From an uncultured Pseudomonadales bacterium (GTDB lineage Bacteria > Patescibacteriota > Microgenomatia > UBA1400 > PJMF01): a DNA stretch of 64,000 nucleotides. Below are positions 9,484 through 20,400 of this stretch, piece by piece. The position numbers were made by a program, and so were the translations under genes. The number at the start of each line of letters is the position of its first letter. Positions within the stretch are counted from its first letter, which is position 1. The DNA is taken from NCBI GenBank assembly GCA_964455555.1, contig CAYVXV010000001.1, positions 149,096 to 213,095 on the forward strand, in the 5' to 3' direction. The notes below the pieces were generated by a model, which worked only from the letters and a program-made list of their open reading frames with translations, was not told where the DNA came from and ran no database searches.

Positions 9484-11052
9484 CTAACTTCCTGCAGCCA
9501 GAGTCATCCTTAGCGCCGAAATATCCCGTTGAACCAATTCATTACTCTTAACCTCACCATTAATTTTATTCACTGCATGAAGTACTGTGGTGTGATCTCG
9601 GTTTGAGAACCACTTGCCAATTTCTGTAAGAGGTAAGTCGAGGTCGGTTTTTAATAAATACATGGCAATATGGCGGGCTTGAACCAGTGATTTAACCCTT
9701 CTTTTGCCCTTAATTGCTGTTTGTTTGAGCCGGTAATGATTGGCCACGGTCTTGATAACCTCGGCCGGAGCGGCTTTAATTTGAGGCCTCTTATCTTGAA
9801 TTTCAACTAAAAGAATGTCATCAATTAGTTCGTTATTAACTTCGCGGTGCTTTAATTCAACTTCTGAACGGATGCTGGTGATAATCCCCTCAATTTTTCT
9901 GGCGCTTTCTACCTGTGAAGCAATGGTTTTAGCCAACTCAATTGGAATATTTAAGTTGGCAGCTTTTGATTTAACCAGCAAAATTGCGGTTCGCAGTTCA
10001 AAAGATGGTTGTTGAATATCTATCATGAGTCCGGCTTCAAACCTCGAGCGCAGCCTGTCTTCCAGTAAGTTTATTTCGTGAGGGGGCCGGTCTGAAGTTA
10101 CGACTATTTGGCTTTGCTGCTTTGTTAAGGAATTGAAAGTGTGAAAAAATTCCTCTTGCACAGCATTTTTTCCAGCAATAAACTGAACATCGTCAATCAG
10201 GAGTACGTCGGCATTGCGGTATTTTGCCTTAAATTGGCTAGCTTTCTTAGTTTGAATGGCATGGACTATCTCATTGGTGAATTCTTCGCCAGTGCAGTAA
10301 ATAATTTTTGCATCAGGGTTGTTTCGTAGGATGTTGTTGCCGATAGCGTGCATAAGGTGGGTTTTGCCGACTCCAACTCCCCCATACAGGAAAAGCGGGT
10401 TGTAAGACTGTCCTGGCCGGTTGGAAACTGCGGTGGCAGCTGCGTGAGCCATTTCATTGGTTGTTGATACAGCAAAGGTTGTGAAGGTGTAGTCAGTGCG
10501 AAGACCCACTTTTCTAGCTATAGCCTCAACCCTATCAACAGCAGCAGACCGCATGTTGTTTTCTGAGAACAAATCTTCTACCCGGGGAGAAGCTGTACCG
10601 CCGTGCCCGGAGTAGGACTGCGGCTGAAGGGTTTGTTGGGGCGAAGACTGAGGCGTGGGTTGAGAAAGCTGTCCTTCATCACTCTTGTTTTGTTCGAAAT
10701 TTGGCGTAAAAGTCTGGCCTATGGTTTTAAAACCTTCGCTGCGCTGTTCTTGCCCGCTTTGAGCTAGGGGGTCACCGACTTTGTAAACAATCTCTACATC
10801 CCGCCCTGTCACCTTATCCACTGCTGACTTTATAAACATATGAAGGTTTTTTTTGAGGTTTGTTGAATGAAAGGCTGTAGGGCTGGTTATGGTTGCCGTG
10901 GCCTTGTCAGCATCCTCAAAAACCAACTCTGTAATTGGATTGGAAATAATCCAGGTGCTGTATACAGCGGGAGACAGCTGTAATTGGAGGTGAGAGCAGG
11001 CTTGCTGCCAGATTTTTTTAGTTTCGGCTGTCGGTAGTGCTGTGGTTTGCAT
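9484..11052 (-). CDS. dnaA: Chromosomal replication initiator DnaA
   Basis: YNPLFLYGGVGVGKTHL, LLIDDVQF, QEEFFHTFN, RLRSRF, RDHTTVLHA. Confidence 0.98.
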   Translation of the reverse strand: MQTTALPTAETKKIWQQACSHLQLQLSPAVYSTWIISNPITELVFEDADKATATITSPTAFHSTNLKKNLHMFIKSAVDKVTGRDVEIVYKVGDPLAQSGQEQRSEGFKTIGQTFTPNFEQNKSDEGQLSQPTPQSSPQQTLQPQSYSGHGGTASPRVEDLFSENNMRSAAVDRVEAIARKVGLRTDYTFTTFAVSTTNEMAHAAATAVSNRPGQSYNPLFLYGGVGVGKTHLMHAIGNNILRNNPDAKIIYCTGEEFTNEIVHAIQTKKASQFKAKYRNADVLLIDDVQFIAGKNAVQEEFFHTFNSLTKQQSQIVVTSDRPPHEINLLEDRLRSRFEAGLMIDIQQPSFELRTAILLVKSKAANLNIPIELAKTIASQVESARKIEGIITSIRSEVELKHREVNNELIDDILLVEIQDKRPQIKAAPAEVIKTVANHYRLKQTAIKGKRRVKSLVQARHIAMYLLKTDLDLPLTEIGKWFSNRDHTTVLHAVNKINGEVKSNELVQRDISALRMTLAAGS

Positions 11053-11084
11053 ACTTAATTAATTGCCGAAAAGCAAATTACACT

Positions 11085-11195
11085 GATGTGTATGACTTTT
11101 CTGCAGTTTACTGGGGGCAGGTATAAATTACTTAATTGGCGTATTTGTTTATACACAAAGTTTTCCACATTTTACAAGTGGGAAAATATTCCTGT
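11085..11195. promoter_or_regulatory. DnaA-box cluster upstream of dnaA (second half of oriC / autoregulation)
   Basis: TTATACACA 11149-11157, TTTTCCACA 11161-11169, TGTGTATGA 11087-11095. Confidence 0.75.
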
Positions 11196-11210
11196 GTGCA
11201 GGGGCGTCCC

Positions 11211-13337
11211 TCAAGATTCAGGCGGTGTGTAATCCTGGATTGATTGTTGGCCGTGATATCTTACTCCCTCTCTTCCAAGCGGTTCTTGAGCCGCAGGCGC
11301 AGGGCTACCATTGGATTGGGGATTAGGATTTTCTGACTGGGCCGATGCTTGTTCAGGAGGGTTTTGCCCTGGTTCGCCGTCGCCTTCTGTCTGGTAGTAG
11401 GCTGGAGCCGGCCTGTTTTGTTCGGTCTCCAGTTTTTTTCTGGCTTCAATCTGCCGCCGCTTAAGTATTTCCTCTGGGTTGCTGGTGATAACCTGATGTT
11501 CTTCGTCGCTAGCCACCACTCTGAGGGCTACATGGTTTTGTCCGGCAAAGAAGATCCCTTCCCCAATATCGGAAGAAATTAGAAGTTGGCGCTCTCCCTG
11601 TGAGAGATAAAAGGTCTCTGACAAAACGGGGATTGAAGCGGTTGACTGCTTCATTAAAAATTGTATTGAAGCATTGGTGACAATAGCTTTGCCATAATCG
11701 TTGTGCAAAAAGTCCTCAACATCCTGAGTGATTGTGGTAATGCCTAAATAATATTTTCTTGAACGCTTAACCATTGAATGCAGGAACGAAGCTGAATCCT
11801 GATGCTTCATGAAATACCAGGCCTCATCAACCACGAGGATGCGTTTCTTGAGGTCTTTTTTAATTCTGGTCCAGATAAACTCTAGGATTATATACATAGC
11901 AATCGGTCGGAGTTCTTCCTCCATCTCCTTAACCGAAAAAACCGTAAGTTGGTTGCGGATATCCAGGTTGGAGGGTTGGTCAAAAATACCCCGGAATGAG
12001 CCGGTGATAAACTTCTCCAGCCTTGAAGCAATGTCGTCAGAGTCCTTGTTTTCCATGCCAATTAAAACCTTGTAAACATCTTCCATCAAGGGAGGTTCAT
12101 TGGTTTGGGTGGCTGGATCCGGAGTAATTCCCTTGGCTTTGTAGGCAGCTACCAAGGCGCGGTCAAGGATGGCGTCCTGCTGAGGCGTCATTTCCCCGAG
12201 CATAACTTTTAGCAAGCCATGAAGGGAAATGATTTTTTGGCCCAGCTCATTTTCACCTTCTTCATAGAGATTGGACAGGTCGAAAGGATTGATTTTGGTT
12301 TCGGAACCGAAAGTAAAGTTGATATATTCGCCTCCGGCCGCCTTGCAAAGCTCCTCATACTCTTGCTCTGGGTCAAGGACAATTACTTCTGTGTCAAACA
12401 TGAGCTGCCTGAGGATTTCCAGTTTTACAGTGTAGGATTTTCCTGCACCAGATTTGGCAAAGATAACCATATTGGCGTTTTCCATTTTGAAGCGGTCAAA
12501 AATAACCAGCGAGTCATTGTGTTCGTTGATGCCGTACACAATGCCGGTTTCCATGGTCAGCTCCGAAGAAGTAAAGGGAAAAGTTGTAGCCAGAGACGTG
12601 GTGTCCATGTTTCTGGTCACCATCAGTTTGTCGGTGCCCATAGGTAGGGTGGTTTTAAAACCTTCGTCCATCTGGAGGGTAGCTTTTTTGGAGACAATTA
12701 ATAGTGAACCCAAGGAAGACTGTATGGCCTTAGTCACCTTATCCAGCTGTTCCTTGCTGTCTGCTTGTATAGTTATATAAAGCCCGAATTGATAGAAGCG
12801 CTCTGATCCTTTAGCCAGTTCTTCCCGGATAAAGCGGGCGTCTTCAAGTTTAACTTCTGTATTGATGTTGCTAATCTTTCCCGACCTAAGGTCTGATTGG
12901 ATTTCCGCCTCCATCTCTGTGATTTTTCTTTTAAGATTGTCGAGAATTTCGGCTGAATCAACCGGAAAAATGTACATGGATACATTTATCTGATGGGGAA
13001 AGTTAATCAGCGGTGAAAGCCAGTTGGCCGGGACAGCCCTTGGGTATCCGGCCACAAAAAGCGTTCTTGTGTAGGTGGAATTGATTTTTTGAAAGGTGAA
13101 ATCAACCTCAATTGCTTCTGGGGCAATAATATCTTGAATAGTAACCAGGCCTCGGGAAAACGCTTTTAGCTTTTCTTGGTTGCGCTGATCTAAGTTCTGC
13201 TGAACATTATTTTCAGAAGAACCGCTTTCTTTTGGTTTATTGAGGAATGGTAGTCCTGCAAATAGATTGGGCATCTTGTTTTTTTTGACTAACCGCTGTC
13301 TGCCGCTATCATCATTACTCGGAACATTAACAATCAA
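11211..13337 (-). CDS. VirB4-like type IV secretion ATPase
   Basis: Walker A AKSGAGKS, LDPEQEY, INPFDL, Walker B LVVDEAW, RSRKYYLGITTITQDVEDF; PrgI gene upstream. Start codon uncertain (TTG). Confidence 0.88.
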   Translation of the reverse strand: MIVNVPSNDDSGRQRLVKKNKMPNLFAGLPFLNKPKESGSSENNVQQNLDQRNQEKLKAFSRGLVTIQDIIAPEAIEVDFTFQKINSTYTRTLFVAGYPRAVPANWLSPLINFPHQINVSMYIFPVDSAEILDNLKRKITEMEAEIQSDLRSGKISNINTEVKLEDARFIREELAKGSERFYQFGLYITIQADSKEQLDKVTKAIQSSLGSLLIVSKKATLQMDEGFKTTLPMGTDKLMVTRNMDTTSLATTFPFTSSELTMETGIVYGINEHNDSLVIFDRFKMENANMVIFAKSGAGKSYTVKLEILRQLMFDTEVIVLDPEQEYEELCKAAGGEYINFTFGSETKINPFDLSNLYEEGENELGQKIISLHGLLKVMLGEMTPQQDAILDRALVAAYKAKGITPDPATQTNEPPLMEDVYKVLIGMENKDSDDIASRLEKFITGSFRGIFDQPSNLDIRNQLTVFSVKEMEEELRPIAMYIILEFIWTRIKKDLKKRILVVDEAWYFMKHQDSASFLHSMVKRSRKYYLGITTITQDVEDFLHNDYGKAIVTNASIQFLMKQSTASIPVLSETFYLSQGERQLLISSDIGEGIFFAGQNHVALRVVASDEEHQVITSNPEEILKRRQIEARKKLETEQNRPAPAYYQTEGDGEPGQNPPEQASAQSENPNPQSNGSPAPAAQEPLGREGVRYHGQQSIQDYTPPES

Positions 13338-13472
13338 GCGGCCAACGAGCCTAGCGTTGTCGTTGCAACCATTGTACTGAAAATACTCCGGTCATCAAAG
13401 ACCCAGCTATTCTAGCAGATGAGCACAGGTCTGCGATTTATTAGTTCTAGTTACAGGATTTAGCCGGTCCTC

Positions 13473-14966
13473 TTATTGTTTGTCTGGCTCGGTTGGAGCA
13501 GCGTTGGGCGAAACATTTTGGTCAGGCGTCGTAGATGTTGCGGCCGCAGGGTTAGAGCCAAGTTCTCCCAGTGTCTTATTAATCTCATCTTGAGCTGCTG
13601 TAAGTTCGTCGTCTGCAGGAGGTGGACTGCCGGTTCCTTCTCCGGCTGGTTCTGGGCTTGCGGACGGAGCAGGCGGCACTTCCTGTTTTTGAACCTGTTG
13701 TTCTTGATTTGGCGTCAAGTTAACCTCGTTCGGCGCACCGGTTTGTGCAGCGGGCTGCCCGGAAGTTGGTTCTGTGGTTGCCTCAACCATTGGTGTGGGA
13801 GGGGCAGTGGGCATTGGAAGAGGAGCTTCTTCAGGAGCTGTGTCTGAAGAAGTTTCTCCCTCTGGCTTTTGGATGGTTTGAGACTCTACCGGTACCGGAG
13901 GGACAGCATCACCCTCACTAGGCATAGCTGGAGTTGGGGGAGGTGTAATTGGGTTTGGAGTGGAATCGCCCTGACCCCCATTTTCAACAACAACTTGTTC
14001 GAGTGTCATTGGAGTTGGCGCAGCACTGGCCTGCGGCTCGGTTGGAGTAACCTGGGCACCAGTGTCAGGTGCGGTGGTGTCAGCAATGGGGTTGGGTAGT
14101 TCGGTCGGAGCAGCTTGTTGTTCAGCTGGAGCCGGCTGCTGTGCTTGAGCCGGAGCAGGTTCGACTTGTGGCTGAGTAGGCGGCTGTGTTGGTTGCTCGA
14201 CTGGAGCCAATTGTTCTTCGGTTCCGGGCTGAGTGGCCTGCGTCTCATCCGGGTTGTTGGGTGTATTTTGCGGCATGGCAAATCCTTCAAAACTCGCTTT
14301 TACTAGTGGTGTTGTATAGCTGTTGCTGTCTGCAATTCCTTGCCCTTCCGCAGCTTCGGGATTGTAGCTTAAATAGAATAATTGAATAATTTCTTGAGTA
14401 GTGAGTTGATTTGAATAGAGGCCTATTCTGGCAAATTGAGAAATAATGTGATCCCGTTTGGGTTCCAGAATATTTTGAGCTTTTTCCAGCAAAACGCTTC
14501 TTTCTATTTGTGTTACATCAAATGTTTGCTGTCCCGGAAGCACGCTTTGAGCGGTTAATAAGCCTAGTTCGAGAGGGCCGGCGGGGATAACAACATAAAA
14601 CTTTTTATCAAGCACGTTGCGCTCGTGAATTAAGTTGCTTACAAATTCGCGGTAGCGGCCAATCCGGTGGCGTTTTTCTTGAGTAGAGGCCTGAGCCTCC
14701 TGCTCCTGAAGCCTTCTTAGATAACTGGTTACATCTTTTGTTTGAGAGCGGACCAACACCTGAATTGGATAATTGAGGGAATTCAACAAGCCGGCATAGG
14801 CGTAGATAATGCTGTCCTGTTCTTCCTCGGCTAGAAGGCCGAAGTTCATCGCGTCGACGGTTAGGATGAGTGATGTAGTGCCATCCTTCATAATCACTAA
14901 ATCATTAGTGATATCGTGAATATCAAGGTATTGTTGAGTGGTGGAAGAAATTGTTTGTTCTGCCAT
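13473..14966 (-). CDS. Conserved T4SS-associated protein (VirB4-partner-like) with long P/Q/A/T/E-rich tail
   Basis: N-terminal about 225 aa globular (TQQYLDIHDI..NFGLLAEEEQDSIIYAY..LNSLNYPIQ..KKFYVVIP), then about 265 aa low complexity; lies between prgI and virB4. Confidence 0.7.
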   Translation of the reverse strand: MAEQTISSTTQQYLDIHDITNDLVIMKDGTTSLILTVDAMNFGLLAEEEQDSIIYAYAGLLNSLNYPIQVLVRSQTKDVTSYLRRLQEQEAQASTQEKRHRIGRYREFVSNLIHERNVLDKKFYVVIPAGPLELGLLTAQSVLPGQQTFDVTQIERSVLLEKAQNILEPKRDHIISQFARIGLYSNQLTTQEIIQLFYLSYNPEAAEGQGIADSNSYTTPLVKASFEGFAMPQNTPNNPDETQATQPGTEEQLAPVEQPTQPPTQPQVEPAPAQAQQPAPAEQQAAPTELPNPIADTTAPDTGAQVTPTEPQASAAPTPMTLEQVVVENGGQGDSTPNPITPPPTPAMPSEGDAVPPVPVESQTIQKPEGETSSDTAPEEAPLPMPTAPPTPMVEATTEPTSGQPAAQTGAPNEVNLTPNQEQQVQKQEVPPAPSASPEPAGEGTGSPPPADDELTAAQDEINKTLGELGSNPAAATSTTPDQNVSPNAAPTEPDKQ

Positions 14967-15028
14967 GCTGTAAAGAGTATTTTAATAGTAAAGCGTTTGG
15001 ACTACTGGTTCAAGTTCTAACCAGGGAT

Positions 15029-16240
15029 TTAGGCACTCCTTATTTCGAGTGGGGCAACAGGCTCTCCTTTCAAAACTATGGTTTGTGGAGTAAAGCTGAA
15101 ACCATCCTTTTCGACATTTACCAAATATTCACCATTTTTTAGAGGGGTGGTAATGAAAAATTGGCCTAATGCATTTGTTTTAACAGCTCGAACAATTTGG
15201 CCTCCGAGTTGTATTTCTACAATAGCGTTGGTAATTAATTCGTTGTTTTGGGTTAATACCATTCCGACGAGCTTGTTGGCTTCTTCCGGAGGATCCGGGA
15301 AGGGCAGGTCTAAATTAAACGCTGCCTCTGTTGCATTTTGAGTTTCCTGTACTGGGACTGATGTGCTAGTCTCAACATAGGTGTGGCCGGAAGCATTTGT
15401 TTGAGTTTGTTCTGATTCAGCTGCGGCTGATTCCTCTATTATATTTGCTACCTGCTCAACTTCGGGAGGAGTGTTTTCGGGCACATCGACTAAGGTGGCA
15501 GCCTCTTCTGCGGTAAGATCAGCAGTTTTCTTAACCTCAAACTCTTCTTGTTGATTTATCGAAGTAGCCAGGTTTGGAGTCGAAATTTTTTTAATTGGCG
15601 CGTCATCAGCGATGCTGGTGGGAGCGTAAATAGTTACTTCTTCTCTGGTTTTAATAACTGGAGAAGTTTGGCTCCGCATGCTTCTAACTCTGACCTGAAG
15701 ATTTGGTTTGGCAGCAACTTTTTTCTGCGCGGCTGTGGGTGTGATTGGCTCCGGAGCAGCATCAAAGAAAGAAGAGATTTGCTGTATCCTACTAGCTTCC
15801 CAGTCAGTCAGGTCGCTCTGATATTCGGAAGGTGTATTTACCGAAGTGATGTATTCTTTAATCCTAGCTTTTTTTACCGGACTTAAGTCTAGTTCCGGTT
15901 CATATTGTGTCTGGTTAGCTGTGGGTTCGTATAAGAAAGGTTCCGGAATATTGGATGTTCTTTTCCAAAAAAACTTAGTTGGTTTGTAGAGTGTTCTGAA
16001 AAAAGTGATAATCCAGTGATCAAGTGGCCTTTCCTCAATCGGCAAGAAAGCCGCTCCGGCTCCCAGGCCTACGGAGAGCAGTATGAACGCCCACTTAATT
16101 GGTGTAGGCAGGTTGGTGCTGTAAAAAGCGACACCAACAACCACGCCAATGAATATTTCAGCAAACTGCTTGAGGGTCATGCTGCCAATAATATGAAAAC
16201 GGTAGTTGGTGATGTCTTGTGGGATTGGGTGTTCTCGCAT
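15029..16240 (-). CDS. PrgI-family protein with C-terminal carboxypeptidase-regulatory-like beta domain
   Basis: HPIPQDITNYRFHIIGSMTLKQF, two TMs, ERPLDHW (PrgI/VirB3-like); C-terminal VRAVKTNALGQF..GEYLVNVEKDG. Confidence 0.82.
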   Translation of the reverse strand: MREHPIPQDITNYRFHIIGSMTLKQFAEIFIGVVVGVAFYSTNLPTPIKWAFILLSVGLGAGAAFLPIEERPLDHWIITFFRTLYKPTKFFWKRTSNIPEPFLYEPTANQTQYEPELDLSPVKKARIKEYITSVNTPSEYQSDLTDWEASRIQQISSFFDAAPEPITPTAAQKKVAAKPNLQVRVRSMRSQTSPVIKTREEVTIYAPTSIADDAPIKKISTPNLATSINQQEEFEVKKTADLTAEEAATLVDVPENTPPEVEQVANIIEESAAAESEQTQTNASGHTYVETSTSVPVQETQNATEAAFNLDLPFPDPPEEANKLVGMVLTQNNELITNAIVEIQLGGQIVRAVKTNALGQFFITTPLKNGEYLVNVEKDGFSFTPQTIVLKGEPVAPLEIRSA

Positions 16241-16328
16241 AACAAGGCTTTCCTGCCGCTCATCTAATCATATCAGGTCGAGGTATAACCTGAGTAGGGC
16301 GAGTTGGTTCAGTTAAAAATAGGCTAAG

Positions 16329-17369
16329 TTAAAAGCCTGAAGTAGTTTCAATTGCCGGAGTAATGAATGTTAAGAAAACATTATCGAATTCTGAGCCGGC
16401 GCTTTCTCCTTCCGCCTCAATCCGGAAATATGGGTAGTAAGCCTGGGTTCTAGGAGAGTAGCGGTATTCAAGCTCTAGATTATTGACAGTGATGGTTTTA
16501 AGGGAGGTAATCTCAAAGTTGGCTGCAAGGTTTCCCGCTTCAATTATTTCAGCACTGCCGCCGGCGATTTTTTCTCTGATCTTTGACAGCGGCAGAATGT
16601 TTTTGTCTGCTATTTTTGTAGCCATGGGCGGCGGCGGGTAAAACTCTGCTTTTTTAATTTCGTAGTTAAAGCCAACCTGGATTGTTGCAAGTGATTTTCT
16701 GGCAGCTGAGTAGTAGGCGGGATAATTATCAATTAAAAAAGTAAACGGGATTACAATCGTTTCAGCAGTGCCGGCCGACGCAGTCCTGGATTCCTGAGCC
16801 AGGAAGGTGATCTCTCTTCTTAGAGGCGAGAGTTCGGGATAACCGGGAATTTGTTTAATGAAGGCGCTGGCGGCATTAATTGCAGGCTCAATTACAATTT
16901 CCTGATTATCATCTGATATTTCGGGTATCGAAACCACATACATTAGTTTGTTCTCGTGCTCAAGGAAGCTGAGTGAGCGCTTGGTCTCATAATCGGTCCA
17001 CGTACTCACCTGATATGGAGATGTGTCCTGAGGCAGGCTTAAGCTTTCTGCAACTTGTTGGGCAAAATTTCTAGTAGATGAGTAGGAAGGAGTGCCGGTG
17101 TAAACACCGAGGGTTTTGGGAAAGTCAACTTCGTCTTGAGAAATATTCATAACTACCCGTACGTTTTCGGGCGGCTTAGTAATGCCCGAGCTGATTCCTT
17201 CAATTGTCACAGGCGTGCTTTCAGGAGGTTCTGGTGTAAGGATAAGTAATAGGGCTGAACCCACCAGCACAAACCCAAGAAGGATAATGAAGTAGCGCAA
17301 TGGGTTGGCTTTTATCTTTTCCGGAATACTCCGGATTGTTTGCAGTATTTGTTCTTTATTAATTGTCAT
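16329..17369 (-). CDS. Hypothetical single-pass membrane protein
   Basis: 346-aa ORF, N-terminal TM (YFIILLGFVLVGSALLLIL), beta-rich extracellular region; co-oriented with the T4SS genes. Confidence 0.7.
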   Translation of the reverse strand: MTINKEQILQTIRSIPEKIKANPLRYFIILLGFVLVGSALLLILTPEPPESTPVTIEGISSGITKPPENVRVVMNISQDEVDFPKTLGVYTGTPSYSSTRNFAQQVAESLSLPQDTSPYQVSTWTDYETKRSLSFLEHENKLMYVVSIPEISDDNQEIVIEPAINAASAFIKQIPGYPELSPLRREITFLAQESRTASAGTAETIVIPFTFLIDNYPAYYSAARKSLATIQVGFNYEIKKAEFYPPPPMATKIADKNILPLSKIREKIAGGSAEIIEAGNLAANFEITSLKTITVNNLELEYRYSPRTQAYYPYFRIEAEGESAGSEFDNVFLTFITPAIETTSGF

Positions 17370-17403
17370 GAGGCAATGTCTTTATCATACACGGTAGAAG
17401 TTT

Positions 17404-20400
17404 TTAATTGCTTGTACCAACTGTTTGAATGAATGCGTTTTTTAAACCTATGTTAACCGGCATGGGCCTGCCTCCGGGCATTGAGAGCGAGTTTGAACAG
17501 AAAGAAGCAGAGCCTCCGGAGTCAAGGAAAATAAATTGGTCGGCACCGCATTGCTGCATAATATCTGCCAAGTCAGAATAGTTGCCCGTTCTGATTGAGG
17601 CAAAAATAATTGCTTCTCCAGTGAAATCGGTGCACTCGCCATTTGCGTTGCCATAACCCAAGGCAACCCTGTTTCTCTCTCCACCTCCGTCCGGATGATC
17701 ACTGAGTACACCGGTAACAGCTTTTTGATAGCCTCCCACTACAAAAGGCATGTCGGTGCGGTTGTACCAGGCAGAAGGGACGGGGTCAATCCGGAAGTTT
17801 CCACTGTTGTCTACAGTGAACATTCTCATAGTTTGTTCCATGTAAGCAGGATCCCGACCGTTGGCATTGGCAAAATACACCGGGGGGTTGGCTCCGCCTA
17901 TACCAATCGGCTGAGTGGGGGTGTTGTAGTAATTGGCATTAATGGCAACATCTAGCTCTGGGTTGTTTCTAAACCAGTCGCAGGTGTATTTTGGAGAGCT
18001 GGCTTCAGCACTATTACTGACAACAAAGTTGTCAGCGGTTTTTGGCCCAATGGCTACATACCCGGATACGCCGGCATCATCGTCATCCTGAGCAGCCGCA
18101 CAATCACGCGAATTAACGCTCATGCCATAAATTGCGCTTTCATCTGCGCGGATGGCGCTTTTTTCAGCTGCCGTAAGCGGCAGGATGTCCAAGACATCTA
18201 TGCCGACTGTTTCAAAGTGAAGGTGGTTTCCAGAAGAGTTTCCTGTGCTGTCAACCCTGCCCAGAAGTTCTCCAGCTTGAACTTGAAGATCGCGGGTAAT
18301 ATTGGACATACTGATTCCTGGTGCAAAGTCGAGTAAGTGGGCAAAAATCATGATATAGCTGCCGGTATCAACAATGACGTGGGTGCCGTACTTATATTGG
18401 CCGTCACTGCTCCTCATTCCTGTGCCATCTGGATAGAACGAGGCAGTTCCGGCATATGGTGTAAATACTGGTGCATTGGCACCACCATCTGAAGCAGAGT
18501 TGTCCCAGGTAGTAATATCAATGGCAACACCGTCTCCAGGGTAAGAGCCATAGCCGCCCCGTATTACAGCATGAGGGCCACCGCAACCCGCGCAAAGCGT
18601 GGGGTCATAATTTTGGTAAGCCCTAATCACCCCAGTGGTTGGCCAGCAGCCTTCAAAATTTGAAAGTGTCCGGTCAAAAGTGCTGCTCTTATATGAAGCC
18701 GGCAGCGGGCCTAAGAAAGCAGCAAAAATAATAAGCAGGGTTATCAGCGAAATTAAAATTGAACCGGCTATGGTACCTGCAGCTGCTGCGGTACCAACAG
18801 GAAGTGTGGACAGATAACTGGCGGCTGTTCCCGCTACATTGTAACTGCCGCCTGCGGTTGCTGTGCCTGTGGCGCCGGTGGTAGCGCCGGCTGTTTGGGC
18901 GCTTGGCGGCAGGGAACTGGATCCTAAGGCAGGATATGAAGAAGTGCCGGTTGAGCCGCCAAATGACGGCAAGCTGAAGCCCCCGCCTCCTATTGCCGCA
19001 CCGGCGTTGGCGCCGACTGCGGCTCCAAGGCCAGCTCCGACAACTGCTCCTACAGGTCCTCCAATCAAGAAGCCAGCAATGCCACCGCCAATGCCTCCAA
19101 CCAGCCCGCCAATAAGGCCGCTTATTCCGGCTGTAAACATTTTTATCAGGCCTTGAACTACAAAAGCTCCGCCCACAGCCAAAGCTCCAAGAATCCACTT
19201 GCGCTTTTTCTTGTCTGCCAGAAGAGCTGCTGCTTTACCCCACGGGCCTGCCGCTGCCAGGGCTTTGGTTGCCAACTTATCACCGCCGGCTTTTTTCAGG
19301 GCACTTAGCGCTTTTCCTCTAGCATCAACCTTTTTGCTGAAGCGGTCAGTGAAGCGGCTTCTGGCCGAGGCGAATCTGCCTCTTATACCCCCCGGCGGCG
19401 GTCTTTGTGCGCCTGGAATGCCGGCTGGAACACCTGCCACATCATCGGCTGAATAAGTTCTATCACCACCCGCCCCGACGGGCGCACCTCCGTGGGATTC
19501 TGAAACAGCGGCCTCATTAGCTTGGATTAGCTCCATTAAGCTTGCTTGGTGGAGAGCCGCTAGGCTTTCATACTCCAATTGCTCGAGAATGCGCTCTCTT
19601 TCCTCTAAGGATGTTTGGGCAATAAATGACTCAACATAGAAGCGGCGCAGATTTTCTATATAGATTGCTTCTTGATGAGCTGTTTCCAGTTGAAAAAGCC
19701 TTTCCTGGTCGATTTCTGCCTGAAGCTGAATGGCTTCCTGTGCACGCATTTGCAGTTCTGCAAAATTGAGCAGATGGATGTTGGTCGGCACCATGTTGCG
19801 GTCGGTAATTTTATCCAAATCGTGGCCCAGGTATTCATAAATGAGTGTTTTTTCATCAGGTGAAAGGGCATTCCATGCAATCAAGTGGCGCTTATGCTGG
19901 TCTTTCACACTATTGGTGACTGCCCTTGCCACGCGTTCTGCACCATGCTCCTGAACAGATGAGCTGGCGCTGCTCAGTGAGGGGAGGAGCCGGCGTTCAA
20001 AAATTTGGTGATTGCCGGCTGCCAGCTCATCAGCTTCTTTGCCGCTCAGGGGCGCCAAACCTGCTGACAGGCTGGTTTTTTCCGCTTCTAAAGCCAGTTC
20101 AACAGCAAAAAGTTGAGCGTATTTAATGAGGAGTTTTCTCAAGCGCCTGATGGCATCTTCGGTTAAGCGGTATTCCTCCGGTATACCCAGCATTAAGAGC
20201 AGGTGCTCATCGCTCATGTGTTGTAGAAGCCAGGCTGCAGTGTGAGGGTGGGTGGCAAGGCTTTGAAGCGAAGCTTGGCTTGAAACATCAATGTTCACAA
20301 ACTCAAACTCAGCCCCTTGGTTAATTAATAGGGACTTTAGGGCAACCTGGATTCGGCCTTCTACTTGAGTGAATTCCCTGGTGCCCAGGCCGACAATGGT

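Noticed and set aside
18689-19198. Arg/Trp-rich 169-aa alternative-frame ORF
   Set aside because: Frame-shifted reading of the Gly/Ala-rich (GGC/GCC) zipper of the giant gene.
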